64,000 nt of DNA from an uncultured delta proteobacterium (GTDB lineage: Bacteria > Desulfobacterota > WTBG01): NCBI GenBank assembly GCA_963793865.1, contig CAWCBP010000008.1, positions 192,001 to 256,000 on the forward strand. Reading direction: 5' to 3'. Below the pieces are notes generated by a model. That model was given only the letters and a program-made list of their open reading frames with translations. It did not search any database and was not told the DNA's origin. This document shows, piece after piece, positions 19,331-30,577 of the stretch. The position numbers and the translations under genes were made by a program. The stretch's first letter is position 1; each line of letters begins with the position of its first letter.

Positions 19331-19684
19331 TTAGATGTTTTCTTTGGCCAGGGTTGTAATCTTTGAAAAGGCCTGAGGGTCTGATATGGCCAGGTCTGCC
19401 AGCAGTTTTCTGTCGAGGATGACTTCCGCCTTTTTGAGCCCTTTGATGAATTGACTGTAGGTGAGGCCGTTGAGCTTTACGGCGGCAGTAATCCTGGTAA
19501 TCCACACGCTTCTGAAATTTCTCTTTTTTACCCTTCGATCCCGGTACGCGTACTTGAGTGCCCGGTCAACTGCCTCCCGGGCGCTGCGCAGGAGGGTGCC
19601 GCGCGCACCCTGGTAGCCCTTGGCCTGTTTTAAAATCTTTTTTCTTCTTTTGCGTGCGTTCACGCCTCTTTTGACTCGTGGCAT
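19331..19684 (-). CDS. rplT: 50S ribosomal protein L20
   Basis: MPRVKRG..YAYRDRR..WITRI. Confidence 0.98.
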   Translation of the reverse strand: MPRVKRGVNARKRRKKILKQAKGYQGARGTLLRSAREAVDRALKYAYRDRRVKKRNFRSVWITRITAAVKLNGLTYSQFIKGLKKAEVILDRKLLADLAISDPQAFSKITTLAKENI

Positions 19685-19754
19685 GTGCTTAGTGCCCTTT
19701 CCTGATGCGGTTCATACGGTTGGTGACCATTCGACCGGCGTGATGCGCCCTGTC

Positions 19755-19952
19755 CTACAGATAGGGCATCATCCGCCTGATTTTTTTGGCGTCAACGGCG
19801 CTGACGGTGCTGCTTTTGCGGAGGCCCCGTTTCCGCTTGGGGGATTTGGAGGTTAAGATGTGGCTGGCGTAGGCCTTCTGCCTCTTTATCTTGCCACTTT
19901 TTGTTTTTCCGAATCGTTTGGCAGCGCCCTTATTTGTTTTGATTTTAGGCAT
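19755..19952 (-). CDS. rpmI: 50S ribosomal protein L35
   Basis: [14 protein letters not shown]. Confidence 0.98.
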   Translation of the reverse strand: MPKIKTNKGAAKRFGKTKSGKIKRQKAYASHILTSKSPKRKRGLRKSSTVSAVDAKKIRRMMPYL

Positions 19953-20053
19953 CGCAATACCTTTCCCTGTCCTTGCCCGGTTCAGAGGCGGACTGTCAGT
20001 TTGGTTTTTCCGAATCGCCAGTGCAGATGATCGCTTGTGGAGGTACTGCTGCT

Positions 20054-20569
20054 TCAGGTTTTGGGTGCGAGCAGCATGATCATGTTTCTGCCTTCCATCC
20101 GGGGCTGATTTTCGACGACTCCTATGTCCTGGATCTCGGCGATAATCCTGTCCAGCACCGCTTTCCCCATGGACGGATTGCCGATTTCCCTTCCCCTGAA
20201 CATGAGATTTATCTTGGCCTTGTCACCGTGGGTGAGGAAGCGCTTGATGTGCCCTATTTTTACCAGGAGGTCGTGCTCGTCCGTGCGGGGCCTTAACTTG
20301 ATCTCCTTTATGTGCATCACCCCCGGGCCGTGTTTCTTTTTTGCCTGGACGGTTCTTTTCTGCTGCTGGTATTTGAACTTGCCGTAGTCCATGATGCGGC
20401 AGACGGGCGGCACGGCATTGGGCGAAACTTCCACCAGGTCACAGGTCTCTTCGCGCGCCAACCGCAAGGCCTCGGACGTAGGCAGCACACCCAATTGAAC
20501 ACCCTGGCTATTGATTACCCGCACTTCCTTGCTGTTGATTTTTTCGTTGATTCTTTGTTCTTTGGCTAT
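20054..20569 (-). CDS. infC: Translation initiation factor IF-3 (ATA start codon)
   Basis: GGGAGG SD then in-frame [31 protein letters not shown]. Confidence 0.93.
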   Translation of the reverse strand: MAKEQRINEKINSKEVRVINSQGVQLGVLPTSEALRLAREETCDLVEVSPNAVPPVCRIMDYGKFKYQQQKRTVQAKKKHGPGVMHIKEIKLRPRTDEHDLLVKIGHIKRFLTHGDKAKINLMFRGREIGNPSMGKAVLDRIIAEIQDIGVVENQPRMEGRNMIMLLAPKT

Positions 20570-20601
20570 GTTTTTAACCTCCCAATTGATTGAAGAACCA
20601 C

Positions 20602-22518
20602 TTATGACGGAAACCGTGCTTCCTGTGCGATCAGGGAAATAAAGTCATTGAGCGGCATCAACCCCAGGTCCTTGCCGCTGCGCGTGCGCGGCGACACCCC
20701 GCCGCTCGCCGCCTCTTTATCACCGATGACCAGCATGTAGGGTATTTTTTGCAGCTGGGCTTCCCTTATTTTAAGCCTCAGGCTTTCGTTTCTGAAGTCC
20801 TTTTCAACCCGGACGGAGCTGTCAATCAGCCTTTTAAAAGCCTCCTCAGCGAAGGCATTGTGCTTTTCAGTAATGGTGAGAACTGTTGCTTGAACAGGGG
20901 CAAGCCACGTTGGGAAAGCCCCCGCATAGTGTTCAATCAACACCCCCATGAACCGTTCGATGGATCCGAGGATGACCCGGTGCAGCATGACCGGCCGGTG
21001 CCTGCCTCCGTCCGGACCCATGTAGCTTAAATCGAACCGCTCCGGCAGGGAAAAATCGCACTGGATAGTAGCACATTGCCACTTTCTGTCAAGCACATCT
21101 TTGAGGGTGACATCTATTTTGGGGCCGTAGAATGCCCCTTCGCCCTCGTGAATGAGGAAGGGCAAGCCGTTGTGCTGCAGAACCCGCTTGAGGGCGTCGG
21201 TGGCCCGGTCCCAGTCCTGATCGCTGCCGATGGATTTGGGAGGGCGGGTGCTCAGCTCCATTTCAAATTCGAAATCAAATATCTTCATTACCTCCGCCAC
21301 AAAATCAATAATACCCTTGATTTCGCCGTCCAGTTGCTCCGGGGTGCAGAGTATGTGGGCGTCGTCCTGGGTGAATTCCCGCACCCGGGGAAGTCCATGC
21401 AGCACGCCCGCCCGCTCGTGCCGGTGTACGGTGCCCAGTTCAAAGAATCTCAGCGGAAGGTCGCGATAGCTTCTTATTTTTGACCCGTAAATGAGCATGT
21501 GTGAAAGACAATTCATGGGCTTGAGGCCGTACTGCTGACCATCCACCTCGGTAAAATACATGTGCTCGCGGTAATGGTCCAGGTGGCCGGACTTTTTCCA
21601 CATGTCCACTTTCAGGATCTGAGGGCCTTTTACCAGCTGGTAGCCCCGCTTGAGATGCTCCCGCACTTCAAAGTCCTCGATGATTCTTCTCAGCAGAGCG
21701 CCCTTGGGGTGATATATGATCAGCCCCGCGCCCACCTCGTCATGGATGCTGAAAAGTTCAAGCTCTTTGCCGAGCTTGCGGTGGTCCCGTTTTTTTGCCT
21801 CATCCAGAAAACGGAGATGGCTGTCAAGCTTTTCTTCCCTGGCAAACGCAGTTCCATAGATGCGCTGCAGCATCCGGTTCTTTTCATTTCCCCTCCAGTA
21901 CGCGCCGGCCACGCTGGTCAGCTTGAATGCCCTGACCAGCCCGGTGGAGGGGAGATGGGGGCCGCGGCAAAGATCGGTAAAGCTGCCCTGGGAATAGACG
22001 GAGATGTGATCGTCCTCAATTTCCTCGATGATCTCCACTTTGTAGGGCTCGCCTTTTTCCTTATACATGGTGAGGGCATCATCCCTGGACAGCACTGACC
22101 TGGTAATGGGACGATTCTCGGTGATGATTTCCCGCATGCGCTTTTCTATCTTCTCCAGGTCTTCGGGGGTAAAGGGCCTTTCGTAGTCAAAATCATAGTA
22201 GAAGCCGTTTTCGATGGACGGCCCGATGGTTACCTTCGCCCCGGGATAGAGTTCCTGAACCGCCTGGGCCATGATGTGGGAGGTGGAATGGCGGATGATG
22301 TCCTCTCCCAGGGGAGAGTCGGGGTAAATGTATTCCAGCTTTACATCGTCTGCCATGGGCGTGCTTAAATCAACGGGCGTCCCGTTTACCACTGCTGCAA
22401 TGGGTGATGACCCGTCGCTCCCTCGAGCGCCGCCGACCGCTGAGATAAGCGTTCCCTCGGGATAAACCGCAGATCCACCGTCAGGAAACGTGACCGTTAC
22501 CTGTTTTTTTTGGTTCAT
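20602..22518 (-). CDS. thrS: Threonine-tRNA ligase
   Basis: [33 protein letters not shown]. Confidence 0.98.
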   Translation of the reverse strand: MNQKKQVTVTFPDGGSAVYPEGTLISAVGGARGSDGSSPIAAVVNGTPVDLSTPMADDVKLEYIYPDSPLGEDIIRHSTSHIMAQAVQELYPGAKVTIGPSIENGFYYDFDYERPFTPEDLEKIEKRMREIITENRPITRSVLSRDDALTMYKEKGEPYKVEIIEEIEDDHISVYSQGSFTDLCRGPHLPSTGLVRAFKLTSVAGAYWRGNEKNRMLQRIYGTAFAREEKLDSHLRFLDEAKKRDHRKLGKELELFSIHDEVGAGLIIYHPKGALLRRIIEDFEVREHLKRGYQLVKGPQILKVDMWKKSGHLDHYREHMYFTEVDGQQYGLKPMNCLSHMLIYGSKIRSYRDLPLRFFELGTVHRHERAGVLHGLPRVREFTQDDAHILCTPEQLDGEIKGIIDFVAEVMKIFDFEFEMELSTRPPKSIGSDQDWDRATDALKRVLQHNGLPFLIHEGEGAFYGPKIDVTLKDVLDRKWQCATIQCDFSLPERFDLSYMGPDGGRHRPVMLHRVILGSIERFMGVLIEHYAGAFPTWLAPVQATVLTITEKHNAFAEEAFKRLIDSSVRVEKDFRNESLRLKIREAQLQKIPYMLVIGDKEAASGGVSPRTRSGKDLGLMPLNDFISLIAQEARFPS

Positions 22519-22613
22519 TGCCGTCCTTTTACGCGCTGCTCCTAAAAAAATCTTCCCGCAAAAGCAGGAAAAAGGCACCACAAAAAGTGTTCTTCATGAT
22601 GCCTCAAAAAAAG

Positions 22614-22688
22614 TGGTAGGCACGGGCGGTTTCGAACCGCCGACTTCTACCGTGTCAAGGTAGCGCTCTCCCCCTGAGCTACGTGCCT
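22614..22688 (-). tRNA. tRNA-Val(GAC)
   Basis: 75-nt cloverleaf; anticodon arm CTACC-TTGACAC-GGTAG, GGTTCGAAAC T-loop, encoded CCA. Confidence 0.97.
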
Positions 22689-22725
22689 ATGCTAAACAAG
22701 TCCAAGAGAGCCTGACAGGGTTGTG

Positions 22726-22754
22726 TATGTACCAATTCCAGGGTTATTTGTCAA
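22726..22754 (-). promoter_or_regulatory. Sigma-70 promoter for tRNA-Val/thrS
   Basis: TTGACA-17 nt-TACATA. Confidence 0.65.
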
Positions 22755-22763
22755 GGAAATTAT

Positions 22764-24255
22764 CTATTTAAACGATATGAGGTCCTTCTCGGGGGCAAGC
22801 GGGGGCTTCCTGTTGTGCCAGGTGGTGTTCTGCTCATAGGCGTGGGCAACCTGCAAAAGCGTTTCCTCCCGGAAAAAATTTGCCAGTATCTGTACCCCTA
22901 TGGGCAGGCCGTCCTCCGTGAAGCCGCAGGGCACTGAAATCCCGGGGATGCCGGCAAGGCTGGCGGGTACGGTAAAAATGTCCGCGAGGTACACGCTCAG
23001 GGGGTCGTGAAGCTTTTCCCCGAGAGAAAAGGGTGGATTGGGGCATGTGGGTGTGATGATGACATCGCATTCCCGGAAGGCGCTGCTGAAGTCATCGCCG
23101 GATGAGGGTTCTTACCTGGGAGGCTTTTTTATAATAGGCATCGTAGTATCCCGCCGAAAGGGCGTAGGTCCCGAGCATGATCCGCCGCTTCACCTCCACG
23201 CCGAACCCTTCTGAGCGGGAGCGAGTGTACATGTCCAGCAACCCGCCTTCTTCGCCGCCGCGGAATCCATACTTCACGCCGTCGTAGCGGGCCAGGTTGG
23301 AGCTGGCCTCGGCCGGGGCGACAAGGTAATAGGCCGCCACCGCGTATTCCGTGTGCGGAAGTGAAATTTCCCTGATCTCCATCTTCAGCCCCTCGAGCAC
23401 CCTGACTGATTCCCTGACCGCCCGTTCGATGCCGGCGTCAAGACCGGAGGTAAAATATTCACCGGGGATGCCCACCCGCATGCCGGCCACCTCTTTGCCA
23501 AGGACAGCGGTATAGTCGGGAACGGCGGCGTTGGCTGAAGTTGAGTCGAGGCGGTCGTAGCCGCTGATCCCGTTCAGGAGCATGGCCGCGTCCCGCACGT
23601 CTTTGGCCATCGGGCCCACCTGGTCGAGAGAAGATGCAAAGGCGATCAGCCCGAACCGGGAAACCCTGCCGTAGGTGGGCTTCAATCCCACCAGGCCGCA
23701 GAAGGCGGCGGGCTGCCGTATGGATCCGCCGGTGTCCGTGCCCAGCGCCGCGATGCATTCATCAGCGGCCACGGCGGCGGCCGAACCTCCGCTGGATCCG
23801 CCGGGAATCAGCGCGGGGTTCCACGGGTTGCGGGTCGGGCCGAAACAGGAGTTTTCCGTTGACGAACCCATTGCGAATTCGTCCATGTTGGTGCGCCCGA
23901 CAAAAACGGCACCCTGTTCGGCCAGGGCGTTTATGACCGTGGCGCTGTAAGGGGGAATAAACTGAGCAAGGCTTTTGGATCCGCAGGTGGTGGCAATTCC
24001 CTTGATGCACAGATTGTCTTTGATGGCGAGAGGAATGCCGGTCAGCAAACCCGCTGAGCCCGACCCGATGCGTTCGTCCGCCCGTTGTGCCCCCTCCCGC
24101 GCCAGGTCGGAAGTCACGGTAATGTAGGCATGAACCTTCTCATCCACCGCGTCGATGCGCTTGAGGACCGATTCGGTAATCTCACGCGAGGTTACTTCCC
24201 CCGCGGCCAGCAGGGCGTGCAGCTCGTAAATGGTTTTGCTGTAAAGCTCCGTCAT
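22764..24255 (-). CDS. gatA: Asp/Glu-tRNA amidotransferase subunit A, with a one-base insertion near 23097
   Basis: [23 protein letters not shown]; after TLIR the frame shifts and resumes as [31 protein letters not shown]. Confidence 0.92.
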
Positions 24256-24542
24256 TGCTCTATAACCTTGGGCACCTTGATGCACCCTTTTTCCTGTGAC
24301 GGCGCGTTCTGAAGGAGAAGGACGCAGTCGGCGAAGGCAGCCACCTCGTCGTCGCGAAAGGGGGTGTCTGTCCCAACCGGATGAGAGGTGGGCGGGATAT
24401 CCCGCGTATCAACGCGCTGAAGCGTATCGAAGTAGTCCAGAATGGTATTGAGCTGCGCGACAAAGGTGGTAAGCTCTTCCTGGCTGAAGCTCAGGCGGGC
24501 GAGCTGAGCCACGCGCATAACCTGCTCTCGGTCAATTTTCAC
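24252..24542 (-). CDS. gatC: Asp/Glu-tRNA amidotransferase subunit C
   Basis: VAQLARL..PTSHP..RDD..NAP..VPKVIE; AAGGAG SD before GTG. Confidence 0.93.
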   Translation of the reverse strand: MKIDREQVMRVAQLARLSFSQEELTTFVAQLNTILDYFDTLQRVDTRDIPPTSHPVGTDTPFRDDEVAAFADCVLLLQNAPSQEKGCIKVPKVIEQ

Positions 24543-24776
24543 CGGCTTCTCCTTGAAGAAAACGCTGCTTGCCAAACTCTCATCGATACCGTTAGACCGG
24601 AGTTAGATAACAGAACGCGGGTCAAATGTCAAACCTTGTCCGTGCGCCACTCGGGCCGGATGAAAAAAACATTTAACCGCAGAAGATTCTGTGCTATGAA
24701 ATACCCGTGTGGTTGGATTTTTTCACGATACATGGTGTATCTCAAAACCGTCCCTCACGGAAAGGAGAGAAGTAAT

Positions 24777-25112
24777 ATGCGCTTGAAAACGATGGCAGTG
24801 ATTGCGGGCATGGTCATGATGCTGTACGGATGTCTCAGCGTGGGCAGGCCGTTCGAATCAGATGATTTATCCTGGATCCACAAAAATAAGACCGCCAAGG
24901 ACGATGTCTACGACGAGCTGGGGGAACCCTTCCGGGTGGGGAGTGATTCTGGAAAGCTTACCTGGACCTACGGTTACTATAAATACAGCGCCTTCGGTTC
25001 GACACGCACCAAGGATCTGGTAATCTACTTCAACAAGGACGGAACGGTTGAGAGCTACGTGTTCAGCACCAGCTTTCCCGAGGAAAAGGAGCTGTGGAGG
25101 GAAAAAAAGTAA
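24777..25112 (+). CDS. SmpA/OmlA (BamE-like) lipoprotein
   Basis: Lipobox LYGC, LGEP..WTYGY..LVIYFNKDGTV; AAGGAG SD. Confidence 0.75.
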   Translation: MRLKTMAVIAGMVMMLYGCLSVGRPFESDDLSWIHKNKTAKDDVYDELGEPFRVGSDSGKLTWTYGYYKYSAFGSTRTKDLVIYFNKDGTVESYVFSTSFPEEKELWREKK

Positions 25113-25157
25113 GCTGAATGCGGGGGGGGTTATTGCACGATGCTGAAACGTGCAGTC

Positions 25158-27257
25158 TCACCCGAGTCCCCAGGCCGCAGCCAGCGAGCGGTCGGGCAGC
25201 TCCCACACCGCCTTGTGCAGCGCGGCCATGCGCTCAGGGTCGTAGAGCAATTCGATCTTTTCCGTCGGCGTGAGGTTCCCCGGGCCTTTGAGCAATGCCT
25301 TTTCCTGAAGCGCCTGCCGGCGCTTGCCGATTTTAAACGACGGCGGCCGCCTTGTACCCGCCAGCCTGATGTGAAGCTCATTGACGAACGGCTCCACCAC
25401 CGCCCGCACGAAACCATTCGGTTCCCTGACCCCCAGCGATACATCGAGTTCGCCAAGCTTCTGTTGGATACTTCGTATCCACTCCAGCTCCAGGGGAGGA
25501 TTCAGCTCTTCGGGAATGACCAGCAATCCTCTCGCACGGAAGGCGCGGCCGATGGAGGACCGGCTGGTCAGCACCGACAGGGGTATGGCAAGGATCAGCC
25601 CGGCAAGGACCGGGGTGATCCACCAGAAGAAGGTTCGGTTGATGATGAAGGTTGCGATACCCCACACCAGTCCCAGGACGGTGCTTCCCCAGTGGAAGCT
25701 GACGGCCACCCGCCAGGGGGTGCCCGTTTCCTGCCGGCTCTGAGCCCCCCAGCCGACCTGTTTTCCCATCAGGGTGAGAAGCACAAACTTGCTGTTGAAG
25801 AGCATGCGTACCGGCGCGAAGAGCGCCGACAAAAGAATTTCAGTGAGTATGCTCAGCATCAGTTTAAACGCCCCGCCCATCGACCGGGCAGAGCCTTTTC
25901 TGAGAACGTGCAGCAGAAAGGCCAGCGGCTTGGGCAGGAAGAGAATGATGATGGTTATGAAAAGCAGCGCCATTGAACGCTCCGGCCGCCACACCGGCCA
26001 GTCCGGAAAGAGGCTTATGGTCTCGGTAAAATAAGCCGGTGTCACCATCTCATGGTAGACTGCTTCTATGGTGCAGATGATGAGAAAGAGCAGCCAGAAG
26101 AGGGCGGTCAGGTAGGCCATGGCCCCGTTTAAGAACATGGCACGGTGAGCCGGGCAGAGCCCCTTGATAAACAGCAGGCGGAGGTGCTGCAGGTTCCCCT
26201 GGCACCACCGGCGGTCCCGCTTCAGGTCATCGAGCAGCGTCGGCGGCATTTCTTCGTAGCTGCCCTCCAGATTATAGGCCAGCCACACCGCCCAGCCCGC
26301 GCGGCGCATGAGGGCCGCTTCCACAAAATCGTGGCTGAGAATTTCCCCGCCCAGCGGGGGCTTTCCGGACAGGCGCGGCAGATCGCAATGCTCCATGAAC
26401 GGCTTGATCCTGATAATGGCGTTGTGTCCCCAGAAGTGCGCGTCACCCAGCTGCCAGAAATGGAGCCCTGCGGCAAACATGGGTCCGTAAATATTGTTGG
26501 TAAATTGCTGCAGCCGGGCAATGAGACTGTCCCTTCCAACACCCTTGGGCACGGTCTGGAGGATGCCGACGCTGTAGTTCTGCTCCATGATTTCCACCAT
26601 GCGAACCAGCGTCGAGCCGGTCATAATGCTGTCCGCGTCCAGGACGATCATGTAGCGGTAGTTATGCCCCCAGCGTCGGCAGAAGTCGGCAATGTTTCCG
26701 CTTTTGCGCTTGCGGTTGATTCTCCGGCGCCGGTAAAACAGCTTCCCAAAGCCGTTGAGCAGGTGGCACAGCTTGTACCAGCACCACTCTTCGTCGATCC
26801 AGGTGTCGGGGTCGCCGGTGTCGCTGAGGATGAAAAAATCAAAATATTCTCGCCTGCCCAGCGCTTCCAGCGATTTGTACACCGCGCCCATGCCGGCGAA
26901 AACCCTGGAGGGATCCTCGTTGCAGATGGGCATGAGTATGGCGGTGCGGGGATGGGAGGCGCTTGCTGCCAGATCCATGCTCGGCAAATCCGGAAGGGAA
27001 AACCGGTTGACGCGGCGGAGGAGCACAAAAAAGCCGACCACCGCAGTCCAGAACCCCATGGAGATCCAGACAAAAAGGGTGGTAAACAGGATCAGGACCA
27101 CCAGCTCCAGTGTGGTGCTGCCCTGCTGAGGCAGGAGATAGGCCATGTAGCCGCTGCAGAAAACAGTGGGCACAATGATGAGCAGTAAAAAGAGGATTCG
27201 CCTCCAGGTGGCTATCCCGGCTTTCAGGGTATAGAGATGTTCGTTCTGCGAAGACAT
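25158..27257 (-). CDS. opgH: Periplasmic glucan biosynthesis glucosyltransferase H
   Basis: MPICNED, RKSGNIADFCRRWG, LDADS, SHDFVEAA, RDRRWCQGNLQH. Confidence 0.95.
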   Translation of the reverse strand: MSSQNEHLYTLKAGIATWRRILFLLLIIVPTVFCSGYMAYLLPQQGSTTLELVVLILFTTLFVWISMGFWTAVVGFFVLLRRVNRFSLPDLPSMDLAASASHPRTAILMPICNEDPSRVFAGMGAVYKSLEALGRREYFDFFILSDTGDPDTWIDEEWCWYKLCHLLNGFGKLFYRRRRINRKRKSGNIADFCRRWGHNYRYMIVLDADSIMTGSTLVRMVEIMEQNYSVGILQTVPKGVGRDSLIARLQQFTNNIYGPMFAAGLHFWQLGDAHFWGHNAIIRIKPFMEHCDLPRLSGKPPLGGEILSHDFVEAALMRRAGWAVWLAYNLEGSYEEMPPTLLDDLKRDRRWCQGNLQHLRLLFIKGLCPAHRAMFLNGAMAYLTALFWLLFLIICTIEAVYHEMVTPAYFTETISLFPDWPVWRPERSMALLFITIIILFLPKPLAFLLHVLRKGSARSMGGAFKLMLSILTEILLSALFAPVRMLFNSKFVLLTLMGKQVGWGAQSRQETGTPWRVAVSFHWGSTVLGLVWGIATFIINRTFFWWITPVLAGLILAIPLSVLTSRSSIGRAFRARGLLVIPEELNPPLELEWIRSIQQKLGELDVSLGVREPNGFVRAVVEPFVNELHIRLAGTRRPPSFKIGKRRQALQEKALLKGPGNLTPTEKIELLYDPERMAALHKAVWELPDRSLAAAWGLG

Positions 27258-27278
27258 TGCGCACCGGCCCCGGCGAGT

Positions 27279-27833
27279 TTACAGCCAGAAGAAAAGTCCA
27301 ACCAGCAAAAGAATGTTAAAAAGAATAAGCAGCGGTATGAGAAGGGGACGCAGCTGGGTGATCACGGTGGTCAGGTATGATTCGGTCGACATCCATTCCG
27401 GCAACTGGTCGAATTTCACCGGCAGCATATGACCGCGATTCAAAGGGGGCGTGCTTTTCAAGCCATCCAGACCCTGTTTAAAAAATCCCATGCTGTACAG
27501 CTTGGATTGCCCGTCGCTCATGAGCGGCAGGCCGGAGGTTTTCAGCAGGGCCCGGAGCGACTCCACGGCCGCGGGGGTGATGTCCTGTTTCCCCCCCTGG
27601 GCGCCCAGCCGGGCGAGTGACTCCAGGGCGAGGGTAAGCTGCTCTTTGCCGGGCGGCACGTTAAGGCACTTGAGATAGCGCAGCAAACGCTCCTGGGTAA
27701 TGTCCCAGCCTTCAGCGGGCGACTGCGGCGCCGGGAGCGCACGCTCCTCCTGACGACGCGGGTTTTCGGTATCAACTGACGATGGAGAGATGCTCATGCC
27801 ATTGTCTCTTACAGCCGCAGTCCGTAGCTCCAT
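27279..27833 (-). CDS. Membrane-anchored protein between opgG and opgH (true start probably near 27800)
   Basis: LKSTPPLNRGHM motif and C-terminal hydrophobic helix. Confidence 0.65.
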   Translation of the reverse strand: MELRTAAVRDNGMSISPSSVDTENPRRQEERALPAPQSPAEGWDITQERLLRYLKCLNVPPGKEQLTLALESLARLGAQGGKQDITPAAVESLRALLKTSGLPLMSDGQSKLYSMGFFKQGLDGLKSTPPLNRGHMLPVKFDQLPEWMSTESYLTTVITQLRPLLIPLLILFNILLLVGLFFWL

Positions 27834-29452
27834 GTTTCAGTGAGCACATTCTGCCCCCGCCGCAGGAAGGCACGGATTTCAAATATCTGTTTTCTTTCAG
27901 GCAGCACCTTTTCAACCAGGGTCGCGGGATTCGCGGGCTCTATCTGAAAAACCAGACGCCATCCGCCGGACGCGGTATTTTTAAAAACCTGCTGCTCGAT
28001 CAATCTGCACTCGTTGGGCACGGTGACGACGCCCTCAACCACATCATTGTCCTTAAGCGGTTCCAGCTCGCCGCCGGCGAAATCGATGCAAATTTTCTTT
28101 GCATCCCGGGTATTGCCTGCGCCGATCCTGGTGGCGGTCACCCGCCCGGTGGGAGGACAGATCTGCTCACAAAATGCCCAGCGCATGGTGTATTCGTAAG
28201 CAAGCGGTTCATTAAGCGGGCCGAGAACATCAGGCTGCCAGAATGCCACTATGTTGTCATGTATGTGACTTTCAGTGGGAATCTGAATGAGCTCCACGTG
28301 TCCCTTTCCCCAATCGCCAACCGGCTGTATCCATACGCTGGGACGGAGCTCCGGGCGGGTTTCCAGATCCTGGTAGTGGTCAAAGTCGGTATCCCGCTGC
28401 ATGAGGCCGAAACCGGCGATGTTGTCCGCCTGAAAGGTGTTTACCCAAAGGGTTGAAGGGTTAACCAGCGGGCGCCAGAGCCACTCGCCCGATTTTAAGG
28501 CGATCTGGAGACCGTCAGAATCGTGAATCTCGGGGCGCATGTCATCGACGGGCCTGAAATTGGTGTTTTCGCCGTAGAAAAACATGCTGGTCAGCGATGC
28601 GATCCCCAGTTTTTTTTCTTTCCGCCTGAAGAGTTTGCTGGTCACTTCTAAAACGGTTTCTTTTCCCGGCTTGATTACGTAGCGGTACGCGCCGGTCAGG
28701 CTGGGGCTGTCGAGGAGCGCATAGACGGTGATCTGTTTATCGTTGAGGCCCGGTTTTGCTATCCAGAATTCCTTGAAAAAGGGGAATTCCTCTCCCGAGG
28801 GAGATCCCGTGTCTATGGCGATGCCTCTGGCCGAAAGGCCGTACACCTGGCCCCTGGCAATGGCACGGAAGTAGCTGGCCCCGAGAAATACCAGGAACTC
28901 ATCCTTGTAGGTCTTGGTAAGAATATTGCAATGGAGCCTGAAGCCTGCAAAACCGACGGTGTTCGGGACGCTGGCCTTGAAATCGTTGGTGCCGTAGTCG
29001 AAGAGCTCGGTGGAAAAGGGGAGAGCTTTTACCCCGGACGGGCTGATAATGTTGATGGTAACCGGAATGTTGTAATAAAAGCCGGGGTGGAAAAATTGCA
29101 CTTCGAAGGGCAGCTTTTCATCCCGCCACAGGGATTGCTCAGGCTTGTATCGGATGTTGCGCCACTGATCGTAATTGATCTCCAGCAGGAACGAGGGAAT
29201 GCGTCCAAAGGGATCTTTAAAGGGAGTCTGAGCAAGCTCGCGGGCTTTCCCGACCACGTGTTCCAGACCGAACGTCGTCTTCGCGGGTGTTTTGGCTTCA
29301 ACAGTATTTGCCGCGGCGCAATCAGAAACCGGGAGTGTACAATGAAACATAAACCATACTCCCGACAGGAAAGCGCTCATCGCCAGTACCCGGACAGGAC
29401 GATTGCGCCACAGCAATCGTTTTGAACGCGCTTTTTTATTGCTCGTGATCAC
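27809..29452 (-). CDS. opgG: Periplasmic glucan biosynthesis protein G
   Basis: FLGASYFRA, YGLSARG, RPEIHDSDGL, DNIVAFW, ETWSY. Confidence 0.93.
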   Translation of the reverse strand: MITSNKKARSKRLLWRNRPVRVLAMSAFLSGVWFMFHCTLPVSDCAAANTVEAKTPAKTTFGLEHVVGKARELAQTPFKDPFGRIPSFLLEINYDQWRNIRYKPEQSLWRDEKLPFEVQFFHPGFYYNIPVTINIISPSGVKALPFSTELFDYGTNDFKASVPNTVGFAGFRLHCNILTKTYKDEFLVFLGASYFRAIARGQVYGLSARGIAIDTGSPSGEEFPFFKEFWIAKPGLNDKQITVYALLDSPSLTGAYRYVIKPGKETVLEVTSKLFRRKEKKLGIASLTSMFFYGENTNFRPVDDMRPEIHDSDGLQIALKSGEWLWRPLVNPSTLWVNTFQADNIAGFGLMQRDTDFDHYQDLETRPELRPSVWIQPVGDWGKGHVELIQIPTESHIHDNIVAFWQPDVLGPLNEPLAYEYTMRWAFCEQICPPTGRVTATRIGAGNTRDAKKICIDFAGGELEPLKDNDVVEGVVTVPNECRLIEQQVFKNTASGGWRLVFQIEPANPATLVEKVLPERKQIFEIRAFLRRGQNVLTETWSYGLRL

Positions 29453-29705
29453 GGGAATGACCTTTCTGCAGGCAGCGTTTTAAAAAACATATATATTTTT
29501 CTTTTTCAAAAAGCAAGGTGTATCAGCCGGGGCGCACCCCGTTGCCGTGTTTCAGGCAATGGCCTCTCATCTAAGACTTTTCCCCCCACCCCTTGCCTTT
29601 CTCGCGTAAAAAGGCGAAGGATGGGGGGAAATCATGTATACAGAAATCGACAGCTCATGGCATGCAGAGCCGTACCGTGCATGTGAGCTCTATGCCTGCG
29701 GGGTC

Positions 29706-30203
29706 TTATTTCACGATCTTAAATTCAGCCCGCCTGTTCTTGGCCCAGGCGCTTTCATTGTGTCCGGGCTCGGCCGGCTTTTCTTCACCGAAACTCAAGG
29801 TGGTGACATTCTGCATGGAAACACCCATGGTGGAGAGATAATTCTTGGCTGCTAATGCCCGGCGCTCTCCCAGGGCGATGTTGTACTCGTCGGTTCCGCG
29901 CTCGTCGCAATGGCCTTCAATGCGGATCTTTTTCTCGGGGTTCTTGGAGAGCCAGTCTCCGATCTTCTTCAGCACTATAATGGAGCTCGGATCCAGATCG
30001 GCTTTATCAAAGTTGAAATAAATGGTATTGAGGATTTTCCCCTCGGCCATGACATCGGTATCTTCAGCTTCAGGAGTGACGACCTGCTGGGCAGCAGTAT
30101 CAGGAGCTGCCGCTGTTTCTTTTTTTGTATGCGAGCAGCCCTGCATGATCACCAACGCTGCTATAGCAATGGTTATTATTACTTCCTTGATCCGCTTGTC
30201 CAT
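29706..30203 (-). CDS. pal: Peptidoglycan-associated lipoprotein
   Basis: Lipobox, IEGHCDERGTDEYNIALGERRA, KNRRAEF. Confidence 0.95.
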   Translation of the reverse strand: MDKRIKEVIITIAIAALVIMQGCSHTKKETAAAPDTAAQQVVTPEAEDTDVMAEGKILNTIYFNFDKADLDPSSIIVLKKIGDWLSKNPEKKIRIEGHCDERGTDEYNIALGERRALAAKNYLSTMGVSMQNVTTLSFGEEKPAEPGHNESAWAKNRRAEFKIVK

Positions 30204-30577
30204 ACCCTACTCCTCCTTCAATGAATTGTTAGTGATGCATAAAACGTTCTACCGTCTCGCGATTGCCTGGAACGGAAGGCAGTTTTTTATTAATCTGGTA
30301 TTATAATCCTTTATTATTTTTTTACCAGCTATTTTTTTATTTTTTTACCCCTGGGGATGGGCGGGGAGGATTCGCGTCGCGATTGCTGCTCTCGTGTATG
30401 GATGAGGCAATTTAAATATGTTTAGTATGAAAAGTGCCGGGGTATGACACTGCCGCAGCACTGGTTAAATTTTTTTTGACTATCCTGACAATGCGCCGTA
30501 TACTTTTCATGCCCGCTTCAAGGCATGCGCTCCGGGGGTGCCGGAACAATGCCGGGGCAGCGGCATGTGCCAGTGCT

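Noticed and set aside
22614..22688. tRNA-Val as an island integration site
   Set aside because: Flanked by gatA and thrS; no integrase or duplicated 3' end seen
23092..23094. TGA in gatA as selenocysteine or readthrough
   Set aside because: The downstream homology is in a different frame, so it is a frameshift, not an in-frame stop
24381..24776. N-terminal extension of the lipoprotein ORF
   Set aside because: Overlaps gatC; the SD and lipoprotein signal indicate a start at 24777
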